Source: Elephas maximus | Taxonomy: Eukaryota | Direction of reading: 5' to 3' | DNA length: 64,000 nucleotides | Assembly: GCF_024166365.1 (NCBI RefSeq) | Contig: NC_064828.1 | Coordinates: forward strand, 30,439,814-30,503,813 | Shown here: positions 52,586-63,182 of the stretch, one piece after another | Layout of the letters: each line of letters opens with the position of its first letter | Position numbering within the stretch: position 1 is the stretch's first letter | The notes under the pieces: generated by a model | Database searches by the model: none | Told to the model about the DNA's origin: nothing | The model's input: the letters and a program-made list of their open reading frames with translations, nothing else | Translations under genes and position numbers: made by a program

Positions 52586-53120
52586 TGAGGAGCCCTGGTG
52601 GCGCAATGGTTAAGTGCTTGGCTGCTAAAGGAAAAGTTGGCAGTTACCTGGCCATCTGCTCCCAATAAAGATTACAGCCTAGGAAACCCTATGGGGCAGT
52701 TCCACTTTGTTCTATTGGGTTGCTGTGAGTCAGAATCGACTCAACGGCACACAACAACAACATTTATTGAGTGCTTACATTTTGTCAGATTTATTGCCAA
52801 GTTCTTGATATGCTTTGATGTTAATATAAATGATTTTTTTCCTAAAAATTTTACTTATAGTTGTTTGAGGCTCTTTTATAAAGATACAGTATATACACGT
52901 ATATATGGGTGTATATATGTGTGTCTATATATACATATATACACACATTGTGTGCCGTTAAGTTGATTCCAACTAATACAGACCCTACATATGGCACAGC
53001 AGAACTGCCCCATAGGGTTTCTTAGGCTGTAATCTTGACGAGAACAGATCACCACATAACCTCCATCCTGTACTTTCGATTAGCAGCCAAGCACTTAACT
53101 ATTGTGCTACCAGGGATATA
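52586..53120. mobile_element. Inverted pair of AfroSINEs, at 52586-52750 (+) and 52945-53120 (-). The 200-bp spacer between them contains an (AT/TG)-rich low-complexity tract.
   Basis: ggagccctggtggcgcaatggttaagtgcttggctgctaaaggaaaagttggcagtt... on the plus strand, versus ...cacacattgtgtgccgttaagttgattccaactaatacagaccctacatatggcacagcagaactgccccatagggtttcttagg on the other side. Confidence 0.65.
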
Positions 53121-53975
53121 TATATGCTAAGCTCTCCTATTAAGTTTACAAATTTATTGTAGTTTCTTCTGGATTTTTCATATTTACGATTAAGTCACAT
53201 GCAAATAATGAGAATTTTGTTTTCTTCTCTCTTAAGTTTGTACCTTTTGACGAACAAAGGTTCTTAATTTTAATAAAATCAAGTTATCAATATTTCCTCT
53301 TATAGTCAATGATTTTTGCATCTTAAGAAAACCTTTCCCTAACCTCAAGATCTAAAAGATATTTATCTGCACTTCCTCCTCAAGGGTTTTTGAGTTTTAT
53401 TTTTGAAGTTAGTCCTCGATCCATCTGTAGTTAGAACATCCATATTAGACCAAAGCGAAACTCCTTGCCTTGGCCTGAAGGTCCAACTTGCTGTGAGTCC
53501 TTGGCTGCCCCTCCAGCTTCAACTCACACCACAATCCCCATTGCTCTCAAACCTGTAGTCACCCTGCCTATCACCTCTTCACCACTGATTCTTCTGATAG
53601 AGCTCATGTCATTTACTGAATGAAGAGTTCCCCCATCTCCTTGATCCAACGGTCTGCTCCCCTATTAGAACTTCCCTTAGCACTGCATACTTCCCCTTAG
53701 TGGCACTTGTTACAGCAGCACTTTCACATTTGTTTGTGTGATTACTAAAATTAATGTCTGCCCCCAACTAGACTATAAGCTCCAGGAAGACACGAACTGT
53801 ACCATTTGGTTAAACTATATGAGTCAGAATTGACAGGACAGCAATGGGTTATTACATCCCCAGCACCTGGCAAAGGTGTCCAATAACTTGTTGAAGTAAT
53901 GAATTTCCTAATTTTGAACCATCTTTCCATAGTTGCAGCAAAATCTCCTTGTGTATATGGCATCATTTTAATATG

Positions 53976-54350
53976 GGAAATCCTGGTGGCATAGTGGTTA
54001 AGAGCAATGACTGCTAACCAAAAGGCCAGCAGTTCGAATCCACCAGGCACTCCACTCTGTCCTGTAGGGGTGCTATAAGTTGGCATGACTCAAAGGCAAT
54101 GGGTACAGTGTTTTAATACAGTGCTGGATTTTATTTGACAACATCTAATTTAGAAGGTGGTATCCCTGGGAGGTCCAAACAATTAAGCACTGGGCTACTA
54201 GTCAAAAGGTTGGTCGTTTGAACCTACCCAGAGGTGCCTGAGAAGACTGGCCTGGAAGACAGGGCTGGAGATCTGCTACTGAAAGGTCACAGCCTTGAAA
54301 ACCCCGTGGACTGCAGTTCTACTCCCAAACACATGGGGTCACCACAAGTC
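53976..54350 (+). mobile_element. Two AfroSINE copies, at 53976-54115 and 54160-54350, immediately upstream of the young L1 fragment
   Basis: gggaaatcctggtggcatagtggttaagagcaatgactgctaaccaaaaggccagcagttcgaatccaccagg... and gtatccctgggaggtccaaacaattaagcactgggctactagtcaaaaggttggtcgtttgaacctacc... Confidence 0.65.
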
Positions 54351-54439
54351 ACAATCAACTCCACAGCAATTAACAATTTAGAAGGTCTTGAATATAGATA
54401 ACAAAGTCCTCATTTCCTCCACGTTTCTGAGACAGAGTT

Positions 54440-56178
54440 ACCTGGTGTGCCTGTTAAAAATGCAGAGTTCTAAAAGTTTTTAGCTATGACATTTCCGATC
54501 AGCGCCTGATCTCTAAAATCTACATGATACTGCAAAAACTCAACTACAAAAAGACAAACAACCCAATTAAAAAATGGGCAAAATATATGAACAGGCACTT
54601 CACTAAAGATGACATTCAGGTAGCTAACAGATACATGAGGAAATGCTCACGATCATTAGCCATTAGAGAAATGCAAATCAAAACTGCAATGAGATTCCAT
54701 CTCACTCCAACAAGGCTGGCATTAATCCAAAAAACACAAAATAATAAATGTTGGAGAGGTTGTAGAGAGACTGGAACACTTATACACTGCTGGTGCGAAT
54801 GTAAAATGGTACAACCACTTTGGAAATCGATTTGGCACTTCCTTAAAAAGCTAGAAATAGAACTACCATACAATCCAGCAATCCCATTCCTTGGAATATA
54901 TCCTAGAGAAATAAGAGCCTTTACATGAAGAGATATATGTACACCCATGTTCACTGCAGCACTGTTTACAATAGTGAAAAGATGGAAGCAACCAAGGTGC
55001 CCATCAACAGATGAATGGATAAATAAATTATGGTATATTCACACAATAGAATACTATGCATCTATAAAGAACAGTGACAGATCTGTGAAACATTTCATAA
55101 CATGAAGGAATCTGGAAGGCATTATGCTGAGTGAAATTACTCAGTTGCAAAAGGACAAATATTGTATAAGACCACTATTATAAGAACTCAAGAAACAGTT
55201 TAAACAGAGAAGAAAATATTCTTTGATGGTCACAAGATGGGGGAGGGAGGGTGAGAGAGGGGTATTCACTAACTAGATAGTAGATAAGAAATATTTTAGG
55301 TGAAGGGAAAGACAACAAACTGTGCAGGAGAGGTCAGCACAACTGGACTAAACCAAAAGCAAAGAAGTTTCCTGAATAAACTGAACAACCGAACGCTTCA
55401 AAGGCCAGTGTAGCAGGGGGCAAGGGTTTGGGGACCATGGTTTTGGGGGACATCTAAGTCAATTGGCACAATAAAATCTATTAAGAAAACATTCTGCATC
55501 CCACTTTGGAGAGTGGCGTCTGGGGTCTTAAACACTAGCAAGAGGCCATCTAAGATGCATCAATTGGTCCCAACCCACGTGGAGCAAAGAAGAATGAAGA
55601 ATACCAAAGAGACAAGGTAATTATGAGCCCAAGAGACAGAAAGGACCACATGAACCAGAGACTACATCAGCCTGAGACCAGAAGAACTAGATGGTGCCTA
55701 GCCACAACCGGTGACTGCCCTGACAGGGAACACAACAGAGAACACCTGAGGGAGCAGGAGAGCAGTAGGAGACAGACCCCAAATTCTCCTAAAAAGACCA
55801 GACTTAATGGTCTGACTGAAACTAGAAGGACCCCAGAGGTCATGGTCCCCAGACCTTCTGTTAGCCGAAGACAGGAACCATTCCCAAAGCCAACCCTTCA
55901 GACAAGGATTGGACTGGACAGTGGGATAGAAAATGATACCAGGGAAGAATTTGCTTCTTGGATCAAGTAGACACATGAGACTATGTTGGCATCTTCTGTC
56001 TGGAGAGGAGATGAGAGGGCAGAAGGGGTCAGAAGCTGGCCGAATGGACAAGAAAAGAGAGAGTGGAGGGAAGGAGTGTGCTGTCTCATTAGGGGGAGAG
56101 CAATTAGGAATATACAGCAAGGTGTATATAAATTTTTGTACGAGAGACTGACTTGATTTGTAAACTTTCACCTACCAA
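54440..56178 (+). mobile_element. 5'-truncated L1 copy consisting of the ORF2 C-terminus and the 3'UTR. The 134-aa ORF segment is still open, so this copy is younger.
   Basis: ORF 54524..54928 reads [104 protein letters not shown]... with no stops, in contrast to the decayed 11797.. copy. The 3'UTR is homologous to 12420-13380. Confidence 0.75.
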
Positions 56179-56697
56179 AAAACCAAACCAAACCCAGTGC
56201 CATCAAGTCGATTTCGACTCAATTAAAAAAAAAAAAAAAATGCTGAAAAGTGTGCCCCAATGACAGAAAAAAAAAAAAAAATGCAGAGTTCTGATCCCCC
56301 CACCTTCACCCCAGAGACTCTAATTCAGGGGGTCTTGTAGAGGGTCTTGGGTTGGGGTCCAAGAATAGCCTGTTAAGTGCGTTGCCCCACTTTCCATGAT
56401 TCTTATGCACCCAAACATTGCAGAACCCCTGAAAAAAATCTCCCTTGTGCTCTCTGGATTTACTGTCACCAAATATGTTCCTGATGACCAAGTCTGTCTC
56501 CTCTTCAGAAATTCCCTACAGTTTTTGTAGTTTCTCTCCAGAGAGAAAGTGCTTCAGTGTTGTCTTCCTCCCAAGTCAAATTCAACTCTTCCCAAACCAC
56601 CAACACTCGTTTCTCTATAACTCTACATCCTATTCTATCAAAAAGAATGCCTATGACTGCCTCTCTTTTTATTGAAGATTAACAACAAACCTTAAGC

Positions 56698-56701
56698 AAA
56701 A
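56698..56701 (-). terminator. RPPH1: Pol III T4 terminator of RPPH1
   Basis: A TTTT run on the minus strand directly after the conserved 3' end of the H1 RNA. Confidence 0.6.
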
Positions 56702-57043
56702 TGACACAGGACGGGGGAGAGTAGTCTGAATTGGGTTATAAGGCCCCCACTCGGGGTACCTCACCTCAGCCATTGAACTCACTTCGCTGGCCGTGAGTCT
56801 GTTCCAAGCTCCGGCGAAGGAGGCATCCGCCGGGCCCACCCCGAGGGTGGAGTCCACGGCTTCTTCTGCCTAGTCTACCCGCGCGCGGAGCCCCGTTCTC
56901 TGGGAACTCACCTCCCCGGAACTCAGGGAGGGCCCTGTTAGGGCCGCCTCTGGCCCTAGTCTCAGACCTTCCCAAGGGACAAACTGTCGAGTGACAAACG
57001 CACTCAGGTCGTGGCCCCACCGATGAGCTTCCCTCCGCCCTAT
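56700..57043 (-). ncRNA. RPPH1: RPPH1, the RNA component H1 of nuclear RNase P. The minus-strand transcript starts ATAGGGCGGAGGGAAGCTCATC... and ends ...CCCCCGTCCTGTGTCAT.
   Basis: About 90% identity to human RPPH1 along the whole roughly 340 nt, from memory. It includes the conserved blocks GGAAGGTCTGAGACTAGGGCCAGAGGCGGCCCTAACAGGG and GGAACAGACTCACGGCCAGCGAAGTGAGTTCAATGGCTGAGGTGAGG. A TTTT terminator follows at the 3' end. Confidence 0.93.
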
Positions 57044-57145
57044 GGGATAGAAGCAACTTCGTCAGGATTTATAAGACTCTCAGAACTGTAGACATTTCAC
57101 AGTTAGGGCGATGTCCCACAATACATAGCAACATGCAAATACATG
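57044..57145 (-). promoter_or_regulatory. RPPH1: Pol III type-3 (gene-external) promoter of RPPH1. The TATA box TTATAAAT is at 57067-57073, the PSE cgccctaactGTGAAATGTCTa is at about 57088-57110, and the octamer ATTTGCAT is at 57134-57141.
   Basis: The element order and spacing match the human H1 promoter (octamer-PSE-TATA within 100 bp of +1). The GTGAAATGTCT core of the PSE is identical to human as recalled. Confidence 0.8.
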
Positions 57146-57191
57146 AGCCTTCTAGGAGGCCAGCCTCCCCGTCCGCGTGGTCATCTTCTCG

Positions 57192-57270
57192 CTAGGGCGC
57201 ACGCGCGCTGCGTGTTCCCGCTCTGTGACCAGGCAGGCGATTCCAGAGAACCGCTTGGTGACGTCAGTGT
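57192..57270 (+). promoter_or_regulatory. PARP2: Shared PARP2/RPPH1 intergenic promoter segment. It contains a conserved GC palindrome, cagcgcgcgtgcgccct on the minus strand at 57192-57214, and a perfect CRE/ATF site TGACGTCA at 57259-57266, which is 14 bp upstream of the PARP2 ATG.
   Basis: Motifs read directly from the sequence. Both the GCGCGTGCGCC block and the TGACGTCA site are also present at the distal end of the human H1/PARP2 intergenic region, from memory. Confidence 0.6.
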
Positions 57271-57279
57271 TCTGGCTCC

Positions 57280-57322
57280 ATGGCGGCTCGGCGGCGGGGG
57301 ACGGTCCGCGGCCGCGCGCGAG
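57280..57322 (+). CDS. PARP2: PARP2 coding exon 1. Encodes MAARRRGTVRGRAR plus one further nucleotide.
   Basis: ATG at 57280. The human protein begins MAARRRRSTGGGRAR. Donor gag|gttcgg, leaving phase 1, which joins in frame to exon 2 to give the ALNE junction. The short basic N-terminus is typical of PARP2. Confidence 0.75.
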
Positions 57323-57944
57323 GTTCGGAGCTCTGTGTTGGGCGACGCAGTGAGGGAGCGGGTAGGGGGACGGAAATGGGAAAAGGAAAGGTGTTTACTG
57401 CTTTGGACCCTACCCCTTCCAGCACCCCCTGACCCGCACTTCGTTGACTACCGAATTAGTTTTCGGGTTTCAGCTTTTTTTGAATTACAGAAATGTAGGT
57501 AAGGTCTTGTGGGCCTGTAACAACTAACAGAGTGCCTGTAACAACTAACAGAGTGCCTGCTGTGTGCCAAGCACTAAGTACCTAATGTCATCAATTTAAA
57601 AAAGAGGAAGACCCTCAACCAGATGGATTGACACACTGGCTGCAACAATGGGCGCAAGCACAGCGATTACGAGAATGGGGCAGACCCCAGAAATGTTACA
57701 TTCTGTTTTACGTAGAGTGTCGCTCTGAGTCGGAACGGACTCCAGGGCACCTAACAACAACAAAGGAAGAAAAAACTCTTCCAGTTGAACTATGATTCAC
57801 TGTAAATATGTCATGTATTGTAAGATGCATGCTGCTTTCAGAGATGATATGATGTAACTCTTAGAATTGGTGAGATATAGTACTCTGTGTACCATGTTCT
57901 TTAATGGATAGGTCCACTCTATAAATGAGGTATTATTGTTATCA

Positions 57945-58095
57945 TGGAAACTCTTGTGGCCTTGTGGTTTCTTAACCACAGGGTTGGCAGTTCGAATCCA
58001 TCAGACGCTCCTCCGAAACTCTGTGGGGCAGTTCTACTCTGTCCTGTAGGGTCACTATGAGTTGGAATCAACTTGACCGCAACAGGTTTGGTTTT
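57945..58095 (+). mobile_element. AfroSINE in PARP2 intron 1
   Basis: ggaaactcttgtggccttgtggtttcttaaccacagggttggcagttcgaatccatcagacgctcctccgaaactctgtggggcagttctactctgtcctgtagggtcactatgagttggaatcaacttgac. Confidence 0.7.
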
Positions 58096-58669
58096 TGGTT
58101 TTACTGTTATCATCCTCAGGATTTTACAGTTGGGGCAACTGAGGTGAAAAGAGATTAAATAACTTGTCCAGAGTTCTACAGCCAGAAAAGGCAGACCTGG
58201 GCTCTAAGCCAGCCAGAAAACTCTAGGGTCAATTTCCTGTTATGGCATATTGCCTCAGGTACTAGGAGGATAGCTATTTAGTTGTCACTGGGGGAGGAGT
58301 ATACAGAAGAAATAAGCAGCCTCTGGTGCAAAATAAATCATGAGCCATACTGACAGTGTAACATTGGGTTGGGTCAAGGAGATAGGTCTAGGACTGCAAA
58401 GGTGAAAATTGTTTCCATATTTAAAGTCATGGGATGGTGAACTCATAAAAACCCTGGGGCTCCTTTTTATTTCACTTCATTTCTTAGGGAGTGTTTACTT
58501 AGACTGTGTTACCAAGAACAGGGGTGTGGCAGTTGTTATTTCTTCCATAACTTTTACAAAAGCCACTTAAATCACTTCTTTAAAGATTATGTTTTTTGAA
58601 AGTAGAATCATATTCAACGTGTTCTTATTCTTTTGCTTCTTTACCTGTTCTTGTCCTTAGCTTCTGTAG

Positions 58670-58825
58670 CATTAAATGAAACTAAGAGAGTTAATAATGG
58701 CAACACAGCTACAGAAGACTCCCTTCCTGCAAAGAAAACTCGAAGATGCCATAATCAGGGGGTGAAAAAGGAACCTGTGGCTGAAGGCAAGGCTGAAAAT
58801 TATGACAAGACAGAAGACAAGCAAG
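58670..58825 (+). CDS. PARP2: PARP2 coding exon 2. Encodes (A)LNETKRVNNGNTATEDSLPAKKTRRCHNQGVKKEPVAEGKAENYDKTEDKQ
   Basis: Acceptor ctgtag|ca and donor caag|gtcagc. It matches the human PARP2 N-terminal region ALNESKRVNNGNTAPEDSSPAKKTRRC. Confidence 0.88.
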
Positions 58826-59044
58826 GTCAGCTTCATGGTGTAGGCCAGGGAGGACATGGACCAGCAAGAGGTTTTCTGGGGGAGGAGAGCAGATGTAGTT
58901 CTTTCAACTCTTATTTCTTCCTTCTTTGAAATAATTAATTTCTCCAATTTAGTTTTCATTTATTCGAGATGGATTGATACTAGGCAGAAGATCAGGATTG
59001 CTTGGGAAGGGCACAGTTAATTATGACAGATTTCCATCTAACCA

Positions 59045-59260
59045 GGAGTCTCTGGGTAGTACAGATGTTTAATGTGCCCAGCTGCTAACCAAAAGGCTGG
59101 CGGTTTGAGTCCACCCAGAGAGGTACCTCAGAAGAAGGGCCTGGCGATCTACTTCTGAAACATCAGCCATTGAAAACTCTATGGAGAACAATTCTACTCT
59201 GACACACATGGGGTCGCCATGAGTAGGAATCAACTCATTGGCAACTGTTTGCGCCCATCT
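59045..59260 (+). mobile_element. AfroSINE in PARP2 intron 2
   Basis: ggagtctctgggtagtacagatgtttaatgtgcccagctgctaaccaaaaggctggcggtttgagtccacccagag...ctatggagaacaattctactctgacacacatggggtcgccatgagtaggaatcaactcattggc. Confidence 0.7.
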
Positions 59261-59323
59261 AACCATGACAGCTACATTTGACTCTTGTACGAGTAACGAT
59301 AGTACGTATCTGTGTTTCCTCAG

Positions 59324-59394
59324 AATCTGTGAAGACTTTACTGTTAAAAGGCAAAGCTCCTGTAGACCCAGAGTGCACAGTCAAAGTGGGGAAG
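59324..59394 (+). CDS. PARP2: PARP2 coding exon 3. Encodes (E)SVKTLLLKGKAPVDPECTVKVGK
   Basis: Acceptor tttcctcag|aa and donor aag|gtgaga. Confidence 0.9.
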
Positions 59395-60011
59395 GTGAGA
59401 GACTCTAGAGCTAATCCTCAGTCCATTGATTCCTCAGAGAGCAGTGTGGTTTGGTTACTGGGAATCCTATCTGGGACATTGCTGATATTCATTTTAGGAA
59501 TCCTCTACAAGATATTGCTAATGGTTTATTTTCTCCAGGGTCTGGGGAATGGGAGTGGTAATAATCAGAGTGTTTTTAATGTGGTTTATGAATTGGGTTG
59601 TTATCAACCTTCCACACTCATTCTCTCTTTCTCAATCAGAAAATTATATCGTTATTAAGGGAGAACCGTTCTCTTTGTTCTAACGAAAGATTGTGCCCTG
59701 GAATGGCGTGTGTTACTGAGGAAAGAGAAAAAGATTTGAAGAATACAGAAGAAAGGCTGCCTCTGGAGCAGGCTTCCTTTAACTGAGTTAGAATCATTTG
59801 TGTTTCATAATTAGAAAAAGGCAGAATGTTCTCATTAGAGTAACGGGCTATGTGTCCAGGAAAGTATGTTTGCATTTGCTTCTCTGGAGGGTAGTACGGA
59901 TAGGTATTGGTGGTTCTGAAGAGTGACACTTTGAGGCATAAGAAAATTCAGAGCCTCATTTAGGACCTGCTCAGGGCTGAGACTATACGAATGTCATTTT
60001 TTTCTCTGTAG

Positions 60012-60062
60012 GCCCATGTATATTGTGAAGGGAATGATGTCTACGATGTTATGTTGAATCAG
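60012..60062 (+). CDS. PARP2: PARP2 coding exon 4. Encodes AHVYCEGNDVYDVMLNQ
   Basis: Acceptor tctctgtag|gcc and donor cag|gtaagg. The protein is identical to human over this stretch. Confidence 0.92.
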
Positions 60063-60736
60063 GTAAGGAGAGGAGCCATTCTGTTTATGGGAATTGCTTT
60101 TTGATAATTATTGATGACAGAGTCCCAATGCCCAGATCTTTAATTCTGAAATTCCTTACATTAGCCACTGGTGGTTAGTATTCTCCCATACGCAGCCCTA
60201 GAACACTCGACCTGCTAGTGGAGTCCCCCATGAGAAGCAGATCTTTTTTGCAAATTTCATGTCTTTAGAACTCTTATCTATATCCTTTTGCACCTTTTTC
60301 TTACTAGTTCTAAGGAACTTTATCTAACATGGAGAATAGCTGTTTGTTAAATAAATTGCAAATATGTTTTCCAAATCTGTGCCTTTTGCCCATGTTAGTT
60401 TCAAATTTTTATGTAGTTAAATTTATTTCTTTTTAACTAATCTTTTTCTCTTTATTTCATTTGTTTCGAATAGATAATACATTTGCTCTCATTGCTGTAT
60501 TTCCTGGATGTCTTTCCATATTTTATTGATTCAACATATACAATTTTAACAATTTCCTAGTGTTCCTTAGTTACTATTTCTTCCACTTAAAATATCATGA
60601 GCAGACAGAAAAGATCTTAAGGCCTTTTTTTGTTCTAAAATCCTATGACTATTATAATGTGAGCACGCCAAAGGTAGAGGTAGGAAATGGCAGCATATTT
60701 ACTAAAGTAGTATGCCTAAGTAACCAGGGCTGTGCC

Positions 60737-60925
60737 TTATCCAGAAACCCTGGTGGCGTAATGGTTAAGAGCTTATGGCTGCTAACCAAAAGGTCAGCAG
60801 TTCAAATCTACCAGGTGCTCTCTGGAAACTTTATGGGACAACTACCCTGTCCTATAGGGTCACTATGAGTCAGAACCACTTGACAGCAGTGGGTTTTTTT
60901 TTTTTTTTTTTTTTGATGCTGTATC
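60737..60925 (+). mobile_element. AfroSINE in PARP2 intron 4, ending in a 30-nt poly(T)
   Basis: ccagaaaccctggtggcgtaatggttaagagcttatggctgctaaccaaaaggtcagcagttcaaatctaccagg...ctatagggtcactatgagtcagaaccacttgacagcagtgggtttttttttt... Confidence 0.7.
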
Positions 60926-61426
60926 CTGGACTTTTCCCTTGCTTCACTTTGAGTTCTAGTTACTTACTTGGTACCTCCTTTTAGACAATAGTCACATTCG
61001 CTCTGATTGTCTCCAAGTAAGGTCAGGTTAGATTTGGGATAGATGTGTCAGTGGTTCCTGCCTGGCCTTTGTCCCCTTCTAATATTGTCCTGCCCTCAGC
61101 TCATTGTTAAATTGCTACAGCTAACAAACCAAAGCTGTAATTAAAACTATCAAAGAGTAAGTCTTCCAAAGAAAAGTATAATTATTATAGACCTTTGGGG
61201 CATAATAATTATTAAAACATAATAATTGTTTTCGTTTAGGAAATGATCATTGGAAATGAATTGGAAACTAGAAAATTCAAGTGGCCTAGGGAATATTAAT
61301 GGAAGAAGCTGAGGCAGGGAAAAAAAAAAACAGGATGAGGTTGGGTAGAGGGTTTTAGGAAGCTTACTGGCTCCCACTTTAATTCCTAGAAATTCGAAGC
61401 CTAATATGTAAACCCTATTTGTTCAT

Positions 61427-62000
61427 TTGGAGACCCTGGTGGCGTAGTGGTTAAGAGCCACGGCTGCTAACCAAGAGTCAACAGTTCGAATCCCCCAGGC
61501 TGTCCTTGGAAAGTCTATGGGGCAGTTCTACTCTGTCCTACAGGGTCGCTGTGAGTCGGAATCAACTCAATGGCAGTGGGTATTTTTTTGGTTATTTCCT
61601 CCTTAAGGAGCCCTGGTGGTACAGTGGTTAAGCACTTGGGTGCCAACCCAAAGGTCAGTGGTTCAAACCCAGTAGCCGCTCTGAGGGAGAAAGACGTGGC
61701 AGACTGCTCCAGTAAAGATTTAAAAAAAAAAACCAAACCCAGTGCCATCAAGTCAATTCTGACTCATAGTGACCCTATAGGACAGGGTAGAGCTGCCCCA
61801 TAGAGTTTCCAAGGAGCACCTGGCGGATTCAGACTGCCAACCTTTTGGTTAACAGCCATAGCATTTAACCACTACGCCACCAGGGTTTCCCGGTAGAGAT
61901 TCCAGCCTTGGATGGAAACCCTTTGGAACATTGTCTGCTCTGTCCGACAGGGTTGCCATGAGTCAGAATCGACTCAACGGCAACGGGTTTGGGTTTGGTG
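61427..62000. mobile_element. Cluster of four AfroSINE copies in PARP2 intron 4, at 61427-61590 (+), 61600-61720 (+, partial), 61722-61885 (-) and 61890-62000 (+, partial). The cluster ends 180 bp upstream of exon 5.
   Basis: tRNA-like heads gagaccctggtggcgtagtggttaagagccacggctgctaaccaagagtc... and ggagccctggtggtacagtggttaagcacttgggtgccaaccc..., and the reverse-orientation body aaaccaaacccagtgccatcaagtcaattctgactcatagtgaccctataggacagggtagagctgccccatagagtttccaaggag. Confidence 0.7.
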
Positions 62001-62180
62001 GTTTTGATACCTTTCTTATATCCTTACTCTTATAGGAAACCTAATATTCTTGCCCATGCTGTCCTTTTCCTTATGGAAACTACTAGTTCCTCTGACCAGG
62101 GAGGAGTCACTAGTATATGTGACTCCATTTGCATACCTATCTCCTTTATGTATATAGTTTATTTCTCCCACTCATCATAG

Positions 62181-62277
62181 ACCAATCTCCAGTTCAACAA
62201 CAACAAGTACTATCTGATTCAGTTGTTAGAAGATGATGCCCAGAGAAACTTCAGTGTTTGGATGAGATGGGGCCGAG
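62181..62277 (+). CDS. PARP2: PARP2 coding exon 5, start of the WGR domain. Encodes TNLQFNNNKYYLIQLLEDDAQRNFSVWMRWGR
   Basis: Acceptor tcatcatag|acc and donor cgag|gtaatg. The protein is identical to human over this stretch. Confidence 0.93.
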
Positions 62278-63106
62278 GTAATGACTTTTATTATGGATTT
62301 TATAAGTTGTCATTCAGAAAACCAAAAACAGCTTAGTAAGTGGCCAAAGGATCCTCCGGGTTTAAATAAGTTAAATGGTGATTCTAAAGTCTGCAAGGGA
62401 CTTAGAAATCAAGTTGGGCTTCTAGAAACTAGGAAGTGACGAGCGTCCTCATTAGGAAGCTCCCATGGAAAAAGCTAAGAGCAGCCCACGGAAACTGAGA
62501 ACTCTCCTGTGACTGATCTGCGAGCGTTGTTCAAAGATACAACAGTTCGCACATAACTTGTATCAACATGATCAGTTCCCTAAGCCCTTTCACCGTTCCC
62601 TTCTCCCTTTCCTCCCCATTTGTCAGATACTAAGCAGCAAGGCCTTAGAGAGTCCAAATTTTGCTTATTTAAATAAAAAAGTCCTTACTATAGCATAGTG
62701 ACACCTAAGATTTGCAGGTGTACTGTGTGGTATAGTGAAAGGTTTGTGGAAGACAAATACTGACTTCAGAGGCTTGGAGAGTTACAGAAACAACTGCATT
62801 TTGTTGCAGAGAAAACTGATCTGCAGCAATCTGGACACTCAGCAAGTGGTCCGGGTGTGCAGCAGCACGTATATTTAATGAGGAAAGGACAGCCAGGTTT
62901 GAAACCATGCTTCTCAGCCCCCTTGATTAGAGAATTCTTTCAATATTTGCACATATCATATCTTCACTGACAAATCAATAAAATGTGATTTTGATATGGA
63001 GAAAGAAAAAAAAAAAAGACTGTAGAGAGCTGTCTTGTTACTATAAGGGAACTCTTCATAGGTTGAAGGAAACAGGACCATCTTATGTGTGTCATTTACT
63101 TTGCAG

Positions 63107-63182
63107 TTGGGAAAACAGGGCAGCACAGCTTGGTGGCTTGTTCAGGGGACCTCACCAAGGCCAAGGAAATCTTTCAGAAAAA
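63107..63182 (+). CDS. PARP2: PARP2 coding exon 6. Encodes (V)GKTGQHSLVACSGDLTKAKEIFQK
   Basis: Acceptor ttgcag|tt and donor aaaaa|gtgagt, leaving phase 2. Confidence 0.92.

Noticed and set aside
56766-57502. ORFs 56766..57056 (-) and 57143..57502 (+)
   Set aside because: The first is the RPPH1 RNA gene read as protein. The second runs through the PARP2 promoter and exon 1 in the wrong frame. The real PARP2 frame starts at 57280 and splices at 57322.
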